Positions 52,015 to 59,752 of a stretch of 64,000 bases of DNA are shown piece after piece; the first letter of the stretch is position 1, and the number at the start of each line of letters is the position of its first letter. The position numbers and the translations under genes are program-made. The stretch comes from a virus, in the IMG/VR virus record IMGVR_UViG_3300020472_000018, positions 11,930 to 75,929 of that record. The stretch is one strand, 5' to 3'. The notes under the pieces were generated by a model, which was not told the DNA's origin, did no database searches, and saw nothing but the letters and a program-made list of their open reading frames with translations.

Positions 52015-52105
52015 ATGGTATTCTAAGAAAGAGATTAAGTATGCTAAGATGGTAAAGAAAAGAATTAAAATGGAAGAGAAAAATGCAGGACAGTCTGAAG
52101 ATTAA
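51959..52105 (+). CDS. Small basic protein (48 aa)
   Basis: MKDKKAAKLLLKRAKKHPEWYS; fills the gap between neighbours. Confidence 0.55.
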   Translation: MKDKKAAKLLLKRAKKHPEWYSKKEIKYAKMVKKRIKMEEKNAGQSED

Positions 52106-52268
52106 TAAACAGGATGATGGTTCATTTCAAGTTGAGTGGGATAGAAATGATCCTAACTGGAAGTTTATGAATGACTTGACAACAGAGGAGATAGAGAGTA
52201 TAGTGCAAGAAGCAATTAAGCACGATCAGAATGAGCGACAGGGACAACCGCAGTTATTCGTTGACTAA
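52083..52268 (+). CDS. Hypothetical protein
   Basis: DGSFQVEWD.NDP.W. Confidence 0.6.
   Translation: MQDSLKINKQDDGSFQVEWDRNDPNWKFMNDLTTEEIESIVQEAIKHDQNERQGQPQLFVD
52176..52204 (+). promoter_or_regulatory. Sigma70-like promoter (intragenic)
   Basis: TTGACA-N17-TATAGT. Confidence 0.65.
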
Positions 52269-52752
52269 TCTGGAGGATGCAGTAGAAGATGCTATAACAT
52301 CTGACTGTACCCCAGAAGAGATCTATGATACCATAAGAACTACTCTTAGGAGGAATCTAACATATCATAGAGTATGCGTAAGAACTGCTAATGAAGTGTT
52401 GCGTCTTGTTCATGGAACTGAGCATAAGGATAAGGTTATTAATCTCCACGAAAGAGATTTGGATGAAACTTTAACTGATTCTCAATGGCCAGATTATACT
52501 GAATTACCTGATGATAAGGAAATATCCTATGAAGAGTGGAGAAGGATTGAAGATCCTAACTACACTATTCCTAGATCTAATACCTATCGTGAAGGAAAGG
52601 AAATGACCTATCAAGAAATGATTGATGCTGGTTATGAAATGACAGGTGAAGGTATCTGGTGGCCAAAGGATAAAGAGGAGGAGACACCCGACTACAATAA
52701 TCCTTATGTTTGTGCTAAAATAGATGAACTCGCTGGAGACAACAGAAACTAA
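52231..52752 (+). CDS. Hypothetical protein
   Basis: Acidic; YQEMIDAGYEMTGEGIWW motif. Confidence 0.6.
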   Translation: MSDRDNRSYSLTNLEDAVEDAITSDCTPEEIYDTIRTTLRRNLTYHRVCVRTANEVLRLVHGTEHKDKVINLHERDLDETLTDSQWPDYTELPDDKEISYEEWRRIEDPNYTIPRSNTYREGKEMTYQEMIDAGYEMTGEGIWWPKDKEEETPDYNNPYVCAKIDELAGDNRN

Positions 52753-52940
52753 TGCTTGAAATTAACACTACCAAGAATAAAGATCTTGGATTATGGGACA
52801 TAACTGCTACCCTAACACTTCCACCTATTACAGTTACTAGGTTAAAGAAAGATAAGAGTGATATTGAATATGAATTGCGTGATGCTTTTAGTGATGTAAT
52901 TAGAGAGATTATTGAAAAGCATTGTGAGGATGAAGTATAA
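52752..52940 (+). CDS. Hypothetical protein
   Basis: TAATG coupling. Confidence 0.6.
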   Translation: MLEINTTKNKDLGLWDITATLTLPPITVTRLKKDKSDIEYELRDAFSDVIREIIEKHCEDEV

Positions 52941-53140
52941 TGGCATTATCACAACAAGTTGAATACTCTCTAAGAGAATCACAAGAGTCATTAAGAAATG
53001 CTTTATCGTTTGCTGCAAGAAGTGAAAAACCTTATGTATCAAAACACATAGCAGATATGCTTGCTAATATAGATAATCTTATTGATGCTACAGAATTGAT
53101 AGAGCATCTTAGAGGAATTGAAACTCAACCAGAAGATTAA
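52940..53140 (+). CDS. Hypothetical protein
   Basis: LRNALSFAARSEKPYV. Confidence 0.6.
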   Translation: MALSQQVEYSLRESQESLRNALSFAARSEKPYVSKHIADMLANIDNLIDATELIEHLRGIETQPED

Positions 53141-53233
53141 CTATTGTTGAGCAAATCTAAAAAGACTCTTAAGCAGTCAATGATCTTATAATTACTTATG
53201 TTATAATATCCACACATACTACTTTAGAGTCCA

Positions 53234-53440
53234 ATGATTAACTTAGATGAGCGATACCTTAGCTATCTTAATACTAATAAAGAATTTAGGATAGATGGAG
53301 AAGGAGAGAAAGTACAAGCATACGGATGGCATTGTGATGGTAATGACATAATGGGTCATTACGTTACCACAGAATCATATAAATTGTATTATAATATGGA
53401 AGGAAATTTCGTTAGAAAAGAGCAACTGCAAGTTGCTTAA
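53234..53440 (+). CDS. Hypothetical protein
   Basis: Follows a TGTTATAAT extended -10. Confidence 0.65.
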   Translation: MINLDERYLSYLNTNKEFRIDGEGEKVQAYGWHCDGNDIMGHYVTTESYKLYYNMEGNFVRKEQLQVA

Positions 53441-53472
53441 TGAGATTACTTAACTCTAAAGTAGGATGGATT

Positions 53473-53739
53473 ATGGCACAACCAAAGCACGACTTAGATC
53501 ACGAAGTTTATCTTGATCCTAAAGATGGCAAAGAGCATATCAATCATGGTATGCTAGAGTATTCTAAAGAGGATTTAGAAAACGTACACGCACAATATGA
53601 TGAGTATCATAAGGATGAGATAGTTGATCCTAATGATGCTAAGATCAATGACTATCATACAAGGCACGAGGATAAGCACCTTGAGGTCTATTGTGATAAT
53701 CACCCTGATTCTATGGAATGTAGAGTCTATGATGACTAA
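53473..53739 (+). CDS. cp12: CP12-domain protein (Calvin cycle inhibitor)
   Basis: C-terminal LEVYCDNHPDSMECRVYDD; His/Asp-rich N-terminus lacks the N-terminal Cys pair. Confidence 0.85.
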   Translation: MAQPKHDLDHEVYLDPKDGKEHINHGMLEYSKEDLENVHAQYDEYHKDEIVDPNDAKINDYHTRHEDKHLEVYCDNHPDSMECRVYDD

Positions 53740-53745
53740 TTGTAT

Positions 53746-53801
53746 GACAGATCAATAAGTGGCACACACCCCCTATACAGGGGGTTTTTTAATGCTATTA
53801 T
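53746..53801 (+). promoter_or_regulatory. Palindrome/-10 early-type promoter element with nested terminator
   Basis: GACAGAT-N4-AAGTGGCAC-N30-TATTAT; the spacer holds ACCCCCT..AGGGGGTTTTTT. Confidence 0.7.
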
Positions 53802-53807
53802 ATAAAT

Positions 53808-53964
53808 GTGGAAAACAAACGAGGTTCTTAACTACTCTGACAAATGCAAGGATCTATGGTTGTCTCTGTTCAGCAGAGAAATTACGTCCTGTAAGTCTAA
53901 TAGAAGCAGAGACATCACGTTAAGGTAAAATACAAAAACAGTCCTCCGTTTTGTTTTCCTTCAC
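53808..53964 (+). ncRNA. Putative structured RNA (about 157 nt)
   Basis: Nested stems GGAAAACAAA/TTTGTTTTCC, CTTAAC/GTTAAG and TGTCTCTGTT/AGCAGAGACA; begins at the predicted TSS. Confidence 0.6.
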
Positions 53965-53981
53965 CTATATTTTTATTACAA

Positions 53982-54404
53982 ATGGGAACTCGCTCACGCA
54001 TAGGACTACAACTTGAGGGACAGATCATTTCAGTATATCATCACTGGGATGGTTATCCACAGTGGTTAGGTGTTACACTTGAAAAGAAGTTTAACACTAG
54101 AGAGTCAGTTGAAGAACTAATTGACGGTGGAGATATGTCTTCTTGCGATTCTGATACTGATTGGGATCTTAAAGAATGTGAACCACATGCTCAATACTAT
54201 AGTTTAAGAGGTGAGGACTGCCCACCAAAGATCTCTGAGTCAATTACAGAGTATCTTGACCAAACAGAGAATACAGATGGTGAGTATGCTTACCTATTTG
54301 ATAATGGTTCTTGGACTTGTTATGAGATAGGGCAGTATGGTGATGGAGTAAAAGGCAGAATACTTGATATTCCTGCCGATTACCCAGTTAGAGAGACAGT
54401 TTAA
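53982..54404 (+). CDS. Conserved early phage protein (HWDGYP motif)
   Basis: MGTRSRIG..SVYHHWDGYP..G..L; EYAYLF. Confidence 0.7.
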   Translation: MGTRSRIGLQLEGQIISVYHHWDGYPQWLGVTLEKKFNTRESVEELIDGGDMSSCDSDTDWDLKECEPHAQYYSLRGEDCPPKISESITEYLDQTENTDGEYAYLFDNGSWTCYEIGQYGDGVKGRILDIPADYPVRETV

Positions 54405-54450
54405 GAACTGTAACAAGGGTGGTTGATCTTCCACCCAAATCAATTATAAT
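54395..54450 (+). promoter_or_regulatory. Palindrome/-10 early-type promoter element
   Basis: GACAGTT-N4-AACTGTAAC-N30-TATAAT; spacer hairpin GGGTGG/CCACCC. Confidence 0.75.
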
Positions 54451-54469
54451 AAGATCATCAACACAATCA

Positions 54470-54722
54470 CTTGGCATCCATACATCCATTTTTGGTTAGG
54501 AGGTGTAAGTCCAATCCACATGAGAGATATGTGGTTCCTATGCCCCGATTAAGTTTGGGGGTTCAGGTGTAAGCGATTCCCATAGGGTAAATTTGGGCAG
54601 CATGGGTGAAACCCAGATCATTGCCCCACTCTCTCATTTTTTATTGTGGTATGACTTAGTACCTGTAATTAGACTCAGTAAATGGGTTAGGATCAGGTGA
54701 AGCACCTCTTGAGCATACCACA
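54470..54722 (+). ncRNA. Putative array of three structured RNA domains
   Basis: Closing stems TTGG/CCAA, TGAGAG/CTCTCA and TGTGGTATG/CATACCACA; each domain contains AGGTG(T)AAG; locally GC-rich; no ORF in the track. Confidence 0.55.
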
Positions 54723-54753
54723 CCCCTTTGTAAACCGACACTATTTTTTTAAA

Positions 54754-54867
54754 ATGTCACCTAATTTCGCAGAATTCCTTTTGGACACTACCAACAATGG
54801 AAATGAGATCCTAGCGGTTCTTGAGGATATTGTAGAGGTAGTAGAGACAGGAGGAACCGATCTATAA
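54754..54867 (+). CDS. Small acidic protein (37 aa)
   Basis: MSPNFAEFLLDTTNNGNEILAVLEDIVEVVETGGTDL. Confidence 0.55.
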   Translation: MSPNFAEFLLDTTNNGNEILAVLEDIVEVVETGGTDL

Positions 54868-54911
54868 ACTGGCACAAATATGCCCCTATCTAACGGTAGG
54901 GGCATTATAAT
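54856..54911 (+). promoter_or_regulatory. Palindrome/-10 early-type promoter element
   Basis: AACTGGCAC-N30-TATAAT; spacer hairpin ATGCCCCTA/TAGGGGCAT. Confidence 0.75.
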
Positions 54912-54938
54912 ATATTCATACACCCAAAGGAGATTCAA

Positions 54939-55427
54939 ATGCCTACAGTTTTAACAAAACAAGAGAGAGATAGGGTAATTGGTAGTCTTCAAGAGAATGT
55001 CCTTCACTGGACACAGCAACTATGTGATTCACTTGGTGAAAACTACAAGCGTTATCACAGAAGAATGATTGAATCAAATGCTGCAAGATTCAATGGTGAT
55101 GGTCAGAGACAAGATCTATCACGCTACGCACAAGAGCAATTAGATGCCTTGAATGATGGTACTTTCAAGGGTATGAAGTTTAGTATTACAACTGGTAAGA
55201 AGTACCATAAGATCATTTCAAATGACTGGGATGATCGTAGAAATGAGTGGAATAGTGGTGGAGTCCATGCATTTGTAAACAAGCATACAGGTGAAGTTTA
55301 CAAACCTGCAAGTTGGAAGTCTCCAGCAAAGCACGTTAGATATGATCTAAGAGTTATTAGAGATCGTGAGTATGTACTTGATCCTGATAACTGTGGATGG
55401 TCGGGTGGTTATCTTTATATGAGATAA
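54939..55427 (+). CDS. Conserved early phage protein
   Basis: AAGGAG SD; KKYHKI..VHAFV..TGEVYKPASWKSPAKHVRYDL. Confidence 0.7.
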   Translation: MPTVLTKQERDRVIGSLQENVLHWTQQLCDSLGENYKRYHRRMIESNAARFNGDGQRQDLSRYAQEQLDALNDGTFKGMKFSITTGKKYHKIISNDWDDRRNEWNSGGVHAFVNKHTGEVYKPASWKSPAKHVRYDLRVIRDREYVLDPDNCGWSGGYLYMR

Positions 55428-55432
55428 TCACA

Positions 55433-55588
55433 ATGCTTGTAGATCTATCCAAAAAAGAACTTGACCTTCTTGGCATTGCCCTTGCTGAATACCAATTCGA
55501 TAAAGAGAATTGGTATCTTCAAGAGGTCAAAGAACTCAACATTAAGTTGATGAACATTAGAAACGCTTGTACCTGTAAGGAGGATTAA
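55433..55588 (+). CDS. Small hypothetical protein
   Basis: MLVDLSKKELDLL. Confidence 0.5.
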   Translation: MLVDLSKKELDLLGIALAEYQFDKENWYLQEVKELNIKLMNIRNACTCKED

Positions 55589-55675
55589 ATGCTACATCTT
55601 ATCGCATTAGCACTAATATGTGCTATAATATCATCAATGATTGTGATTTACGTTTACAATCCACATCATCATTAA
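55589..55675 (+). CDS. 28-aa single-TM peptide
   Basis: AGGAGG SD; MLHLIALALICAIISSMIVIYVYNPHHH. Confidence 0.55.
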   Translation: MLHLIALALICAIISSMIVIYVYNPHHH

Positions 55676-55676
55676 A

Positions 55677-55865
55677 ATGATTTCAACCACAATTTCCTTT
55701 AAACCAATTACTCCAAGAGTTAGAGCAGGGAAACGTGGTAAGCATATCATGTGTCCCTGTTGCCAAACAATTCGTAAAGTTTATCACTTTAATTGGTCAG
55801 GACTAACTTGTCCACACTGTAAAGAATCAATCGACAAATCATTATGGAGTGTAGAACAAAAATGA
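55677..55865 (+). CDS. Zn-ribbon protein
   Basis: CPCC..CPHC. Confidence 0.65.
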   Translation: MISTTISFKPITPRVRAGKRGKHIMCPCCQTIRKVYHFNWSGLTCPHCKESIDKSLWSVEQK

Positions 55866-56038
55866 ATTACAAATGGGCAGCAACTCACACCTTTACCTTT
55901 AAAGAGTGGAAAGCAAAGAAGTTTGTTGAGTATCAGGATGCTTTAGATTATGCTAATGAAAAGTATCCTTATGAAAATCACACTTACATTTGGAAACTAA
56001 CTGAGGGTAAACCACTCAAATGGGTAGAGATAGCATAA
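55862..56038 (+). CDS. Small hypothetical protein
   Basis: ATGA coupling. Confidence 0.55.
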   Translation: MNYKWAATHTFTFKEWKAKKFVEYQDALDYANEKYPYENHTYIWKLTEGKPLKWVEIA

Positions 56039-56184
56039 TGGCAAAAGATATGACTTCCTTAGAAAAACTTCTCTTTATTTCTTCTTTCTTATGGACATTG
56101 CACTGGGGCACAAGAGTCGTATTTCTTATTCTGGATACGGTTTTAGTAAGAAACGCTGTCAAACTGTTGCCGATTGGTTTTTAA
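56038..56184 (+). CDS. Small hydrophobic protein overlapping the peptidase gene
   Basis: TAATG coupling to the upstream gene; 48 aa. Confidence 0.4.
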   Translation: MAKDMTSLEKLLFISSFLWTLHWGTRVVFLILDTVLVRNAVKLLPIGF

Positions 56185-56588
56185 ATACATTCTTACCTAA
56201 TCATCATATTGATGTGCATATACATCATAGAGGGATGATTAGAGAAGATGCTTTAGGATATTGTGATTGGATAGGTACGTCACATAACCCTAGAGATTTT
56301 GATATTGAAATGCAATGTAAGATGGATCACAGGATGTATTGTGAGACTTTATTGCATGAGTTTATCCATTTAAGGCAATGGGTACAGGGTACGCTTAAGA
56401 TGAAAAGTGGTAAGTTTCACTGGCAAGGTGAGAACATACACCATATTGATTATATGAAGCAACCACATGAGATAGAGGCATTTGCACAAGAAGGTATTCT
56501 ATATCGTAGATTTATGAAAGAGGTATGTGATGTGACAATTCCTGAACCTATACACTACTTCCCCAATAGACTAACTCAACCCTTATAA
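56091..56588 (+). CDS. HExxH zinc metallopeptidase-like protein
   Basis: TLLHEFIHLRQ..Y..QPHEIEA. Confidence 0.75.
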   Translation: MDIALGHKSRISYSGYGFSKKRCQTVADWFLNTFLPNHHIDVHIHHRGMIREDALGYCDWIGTSHNPRDFDIEMQCKMDHRMYCETLLHEFIHLRQWVQGTLKMKSGKFHWQGENIHHIDYMKQPHEIEAFAQEGILYRRFMKEVCDVTIPEPIHYFPNRLTQPL

Positions 56589-56589
56589 T
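56534..56589 (+). promoter_or_regulatory. Degenerate palindrome/-10 element
   Basis: GACAATT-N4-AACCTATAC-N30-TATAAT; the TAA is the CDS stop. Confidence 0.5.
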
Positions 56590-56595
56590 AGAGTT

Positions 56596-57477
56596 ATGAA
56601 AAACACTCACATTGAACATCCTGAAGATACTATTCTTACAGGAGATCTTTCTGTCTTAGACGCATTTGTAACAAAGAGTAAATTGAGTGTTAAAATTGAT
56701 GGAGCTCCTGCTATAGTCTGGGGTACTGATCCATCTAATAATCAATTTTTCGTAGGAACAAAAAGTGTCTTCAACAAATTCAAAATCAAAATCAACCATA
56801 ACCATACCGATATTGATCGAAACCATCAAGGAGAAGTGGCAGATATTCTGCATCGCTGTCTTGATTATCTTCCTTTTACAACTTCTATCTACCAAGGTGA
56901 TTTCATCGGTTTTGGTGGCACTGATAGTTTCAATCCTAATACCATCAGATACAGTTTCCCAACTGAAATTTCCGAAGAAATAATCATAGCACCTCATACG
57001 GTTTATGATACTCCTAGAGGAACACTTAAGGATGCTGTAGCTAGTTCATTAGATGATGAGTTAGAGAGTGTGGAGGGTGAAGTATTATTTGTTAAACCTA
57101 AAGCACAGTATGATATTACAGATAGAATTAAAGAGAATTGTGCGTTTGCTAAACAAATGGCACAGTTGGTTGAGTTTGTAGATGATAAAACTGCTAAGGA
57201 ACTTAAAAAGGCATTGAATCAGTGCATTAGAGAAGGTGTTGAGATAGATCTATTTGAGAACTCTAACCTTTTGAGTTTATGGAAGTTAGTTAGATCTATT
57301 AAAAATGATCTACTTGCAGAGTGTTATAGTGATGCTCAGTATGAATGTTATATCAATGATGAGATAGTTCCTGATGAAGGTTATGTAATGTGGAGCGATA
57401 TTGGAACTTATAAATTAGTTGATAGAGACCAGTTCAGTCGTGCCAACTTCAATTTAAGTAAATTCGCTAGAGGATAA
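56596..57477 (+). CDS. Conserved phage protein with ligase-like KxDG motif
   Basis: NTHIEHPED, SVKIDGAPAIVWG, YQGDF, EGYV, KLVDR..FS.ANF. Confidence 0.65.
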   Translation: MKNTHIEHPEDTILTGDLSVLDAFVTKSKLSVKIDGAPAIVWGTDPSNNQFFVGTKSVFNKFKIKINHNHTDIDRNHQGEVADILHRCLDYLPFTTSIYQGDFIGFGGTDSFNPNTIRYSFPTEISEEIIIAPHTVYDTPRGTLKDAVASSLDDELESVEGEVLFVKPKAQYDITDRIKENCAFAKQMAQLVEFVDDKTAKELKKALNQCIREGVEIDLFENSNLLSLWKLVRSIKNDLLAECYSDAQYECYINDEIVPDEGYVMWSDIGTYKLVDRDQFSRANFNLSKFARG

Positions 57478-57669
57478 ATGAAATCAGTAGAACTTACAAT
57501 CAACCTTACTGAAGCAGTAGAGGATCTACAACTTGGTTTAACTAAAGAACAAGTTGAATACATTGCTAACGATATTAAACGTGGATGGGACTTCAGTCAC
57601 ATCTATGAAGAAATAGAAACAAAGGTAGAGGAATCTGCCCGATATGCTAACATTACACTATCAACCTGA
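57478..57669 (+). CDS. Hypothetical protein
   Basis: GAGGA SD. Confidence 0.6.
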   Translation: MKSVELTINLTEAVEDLQLGLTKEQVEYIANDIKRGWDFSHIYEEIETKVEESARYANITLST

Positions 57670-57674
57670 TTATT

Positions 57675-57962
57675 ATGTCTCAACTCTCTGAAGAAACACT
57701 CCAAAAACTTGCTGATACTTTAGTTGATGATGTCATTGATTATATTAATGATGATGATCGACTTAAAGATTTCTATCTTGAACTGATAGGTGATGCAGTT
57801 TGTGAAAAACTAGGTAACAAGAACTCTGATGGTACTTGTACTTTTGATGGAAGTATATCTGCGGATCTAATCATAGCAATAGCAGAGAGAATAAAGATAA
57901 GCAAAATTGATGATACTGAGGCAAGGGATATATTATCCTACTTCAAGAATAAAAAATATTAG
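57675..57962 (+). CDS. Hypothetical acidic protein
   Basis: Packed ORF. Confidence 0.6.
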   Translation: MSQLSEETLQKLADTLVDDVIDYINDDDRLKDFYLELIGDAVCEKLGNKNSDGTCTFDGSISADLIIAIAERIKISKIDDTEARDILSYFKNKKY

Positions 57963-57967
57963 ACTAT

Positions 57968-58023
57968 ACCAGTTGGAATAGTGGCACAGTAACCCTTCAG
58001 AAGCGATTCTGAGGGGTTATAAT
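57968..58023 (+). promoter_or_regulatory. Palindrome/-10 early-type promoter element
   Basis: ACCAGTT-N4-TAGTGGCAC-N30-TATAAT; spacer hairpin TAACCCTTCAGAA/TTCTGAGGGGTTA. Confidence 0.75.
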
Positions 58024-58044
58024 GGTTATAACAACAAAGGTACT

Positions 58045-58542
58045 ATGACCCCTGAAGAGAAGTATCAAGCATTGTATGAGCAACTCTATTCTCTATGTGA
58101 GGTTGAGGGATGGGGTGATCCATTCTCTTATGCAAGGTCAAGAGAGATTCACATGGCAGGGATCTTAGGACACAAGATTGCTGATGATTATTCAGGTGCG
58201 GACGCATTTGATGATGATGGAGGGTGTGAGTATAAATCTACTATTGCAAATTCAATCAATGCAACGTATAATGGTATCAGTGTTCAGGATACTTGGGATG
58301 AGCAAGAGAGATATATTATTGAGGATAAGATAGGTAAGTATAAGAACCATTACTATGCACGTTATGAAGGGGGAAAGATCGCTGAAGTATGGAAGTTAGA
58401 TTGCCAAGATGTTCTATCAATCGTACTACCTAAAGCAAAGAAACAATACCCTAAGAAAAGGGCAGGTAACGCTAAAGATCCCAGAATAGGGGTTACAATC
58501 TCTAAAAAAGAAATTACTCAATATGGCACAAGAATTAGATAG
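58045..58542 (+). CDS. PvuII-like Type II restriction endonuclease
   Basis: [15 protein letters not shown] (PD-ExK); size and N- and C-terminal motifs are collinear with R.PvuII as recalled. Confidence 0.65.
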   Translation: [165 protein letters not shown]

Positions 58543-59098
58543 TGGTAAACTGATGTACTCAGGAGGTAACAATGATGAATGTTACACTCCTGATTATGGT
58601 GTTAAACCTATTCTCAAATATATTCCAAAGGATGCTACTGTATGGTGTCCCTTTGATACTCCACAGAGTGAGTTTGTAAAGCAGATAGAGCAACAGAATG
58701 AGGTAACATACTCTCATATTAATACTGGTAGGAACTTCTTTGAGTATGAACCGTATGAGTGGGATGTAATAGTATCAAATCCACCATTTACTGATAAGCG
58801 TAAATTCTTTGAACGTGCATTATCATTTAATAAACCTTTTGCATTGATAATGACTAACACTTGGTTAAATGACTCAGCACCTATGAGATTGTTTAAGGAT
58901 AAGGATCTACAGTTATTGATGTTTGATAAGCGTATGAAGTTTCTAAGTCCTGATGGTAGAGATAATAATAAGATCACATTTAGCAGTAGTTACTATTGCT
59001 ATAAGATGCTACCAAAACAAATCATAATGGAAACTCTTGATGTGCCAGCTCGCAAAGTGACCCCAAAGACTACCAGTGAGGCACGTTTGCCATTATAA
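58523..59098 (+). CDS. Compact amino-DNA methyltransferase
   Basis: DECYTP, VWCPFD, NFF, DVIVSNPPF. Confidence 0.8.
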   Translation: MAQELDSGKLMYSGGNNDECYTPDYGVKPILKYIPKDATVWCPFDTPQSEFVKQIEQQNEVTYSHINTGRNFFEYEPYEWDVIVSNPPFTDKRKFFERALSFNKPFALIMTNTWLNDSAPMRLFKDKDLQLLMFDKRMKFLSPDGRDNNKITFSSSYYCYKMLPKQIIMETLDVPARKVTPKTTSEARLPL

Positions 59099-59099
59099 T
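59044..59099 (+). promoter_or_regulatory. Palindrome/-10 element
   Basis: GCCAGCT-N4-AAGTGACCC-N30-TATAAT; the TAA is the methyltransferase stop. Confidence 0.6.
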
Positions 59100-59124
59100 A
59101 TAAGAGTAAACAAAGGAGGACACT

Positions 59125-59292
59125 ATGCAAGTATTTGATTCAATAGACCTCTTAACTGAGGTTTACGAACAGTATTGCACCAAACACGGACTACCCTATG
59201 TTTCTGCTGATGAGCAGGACAAATCCGAACTTACCACCGATCAGGTAAGATGGATTGAATCATTTGAACAACTATGGGATCTTGCATCATGA
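59125..59292 (+). CDS. Small hypothetical protein (55 aa, not in ORF track)
   Basis: AAGGAGG SD; MQVFDSIDLL..SADEQ..FEQLWD. Confidence 0.7.
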   Translation: MQVFDSIDLLTEVYEQYCTKHGLPYVSADEQDKSELTTDQVRWIESFEQLWDLAS

Positions 59293-59513
59293 GAACACCT
59301 ACAAACCAAATCTTTTCAGACATTGACTTCTTAGTTGATGAACTTGGTATGAACGCTGATGAGTGTGATGACATTCTCAGAGCTTGTGATGAACTTGGTG
59401 GTATTAGTGCAGAGTATTTTTGTGAAGAGTTTATATTTGAAACTGGTGATCCTGATGATATTCCCAGACTACACAATGATGACTATCTCAAAATCGATTG
59501 GAGGTTAAATTGA
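59289..59513 (+). CDS. Acidic hypothetical protein
   Basis: ATGA coupling; ISAEYFCEEF. Confidence 0.6.
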   Translation: MRTPTNQIFSDIDFLVDELGMNADECDDILRACDELGGISAEYFCEEFIFETGDPDDIPRLHNDDYLKIDWRLN

Positions 59514-59752
59514 TGAAAGAAACAATGTACTTGGTTACTGACATTGATTTTGATGTAACTCATGGTGGTGAAGCATTTGATGATCTATGGACTGATGATG
59601 AGTATCAGAACCTTAAAACTGATGCTATTGGTTTATGGTATGCTAGAGATCTTAACCACCTATACGATAAGATTGCTGAAAAGTTTGGATATTTGGTAAT
59701 TGATATAAATGCTACTACTAACACTTTACATCCACTTACTTCCTATCTGTGA
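59513..59752 (+). CDS. Hypothetical protein
   Basis: GGAGG SD; VTDIDFD. Confidence 0.6.
   Translation: MKETMYLVTDIDFDVTHGGEAFDDLWTDDEYQNLKTDAIGLWYARDLNHLYDKIAEKFGYLVIDINATTNTLHPLTSYL

Noticed and set aside
53137-53175. Possible Pho box (TTAA-like units at 10-11 bp spacing) upstream of the cp12 unit
   Set aside because: Units are too degenerate in an AT-rich background to support by eye.
53808-54722. tRNA, hammerhead ribozyme or group I intron identity for the structured RNAs
   Set aside because: No cloverleaf with a TTCGA arm, no CTGANGA/GAAA core, and no interrupted host gene.
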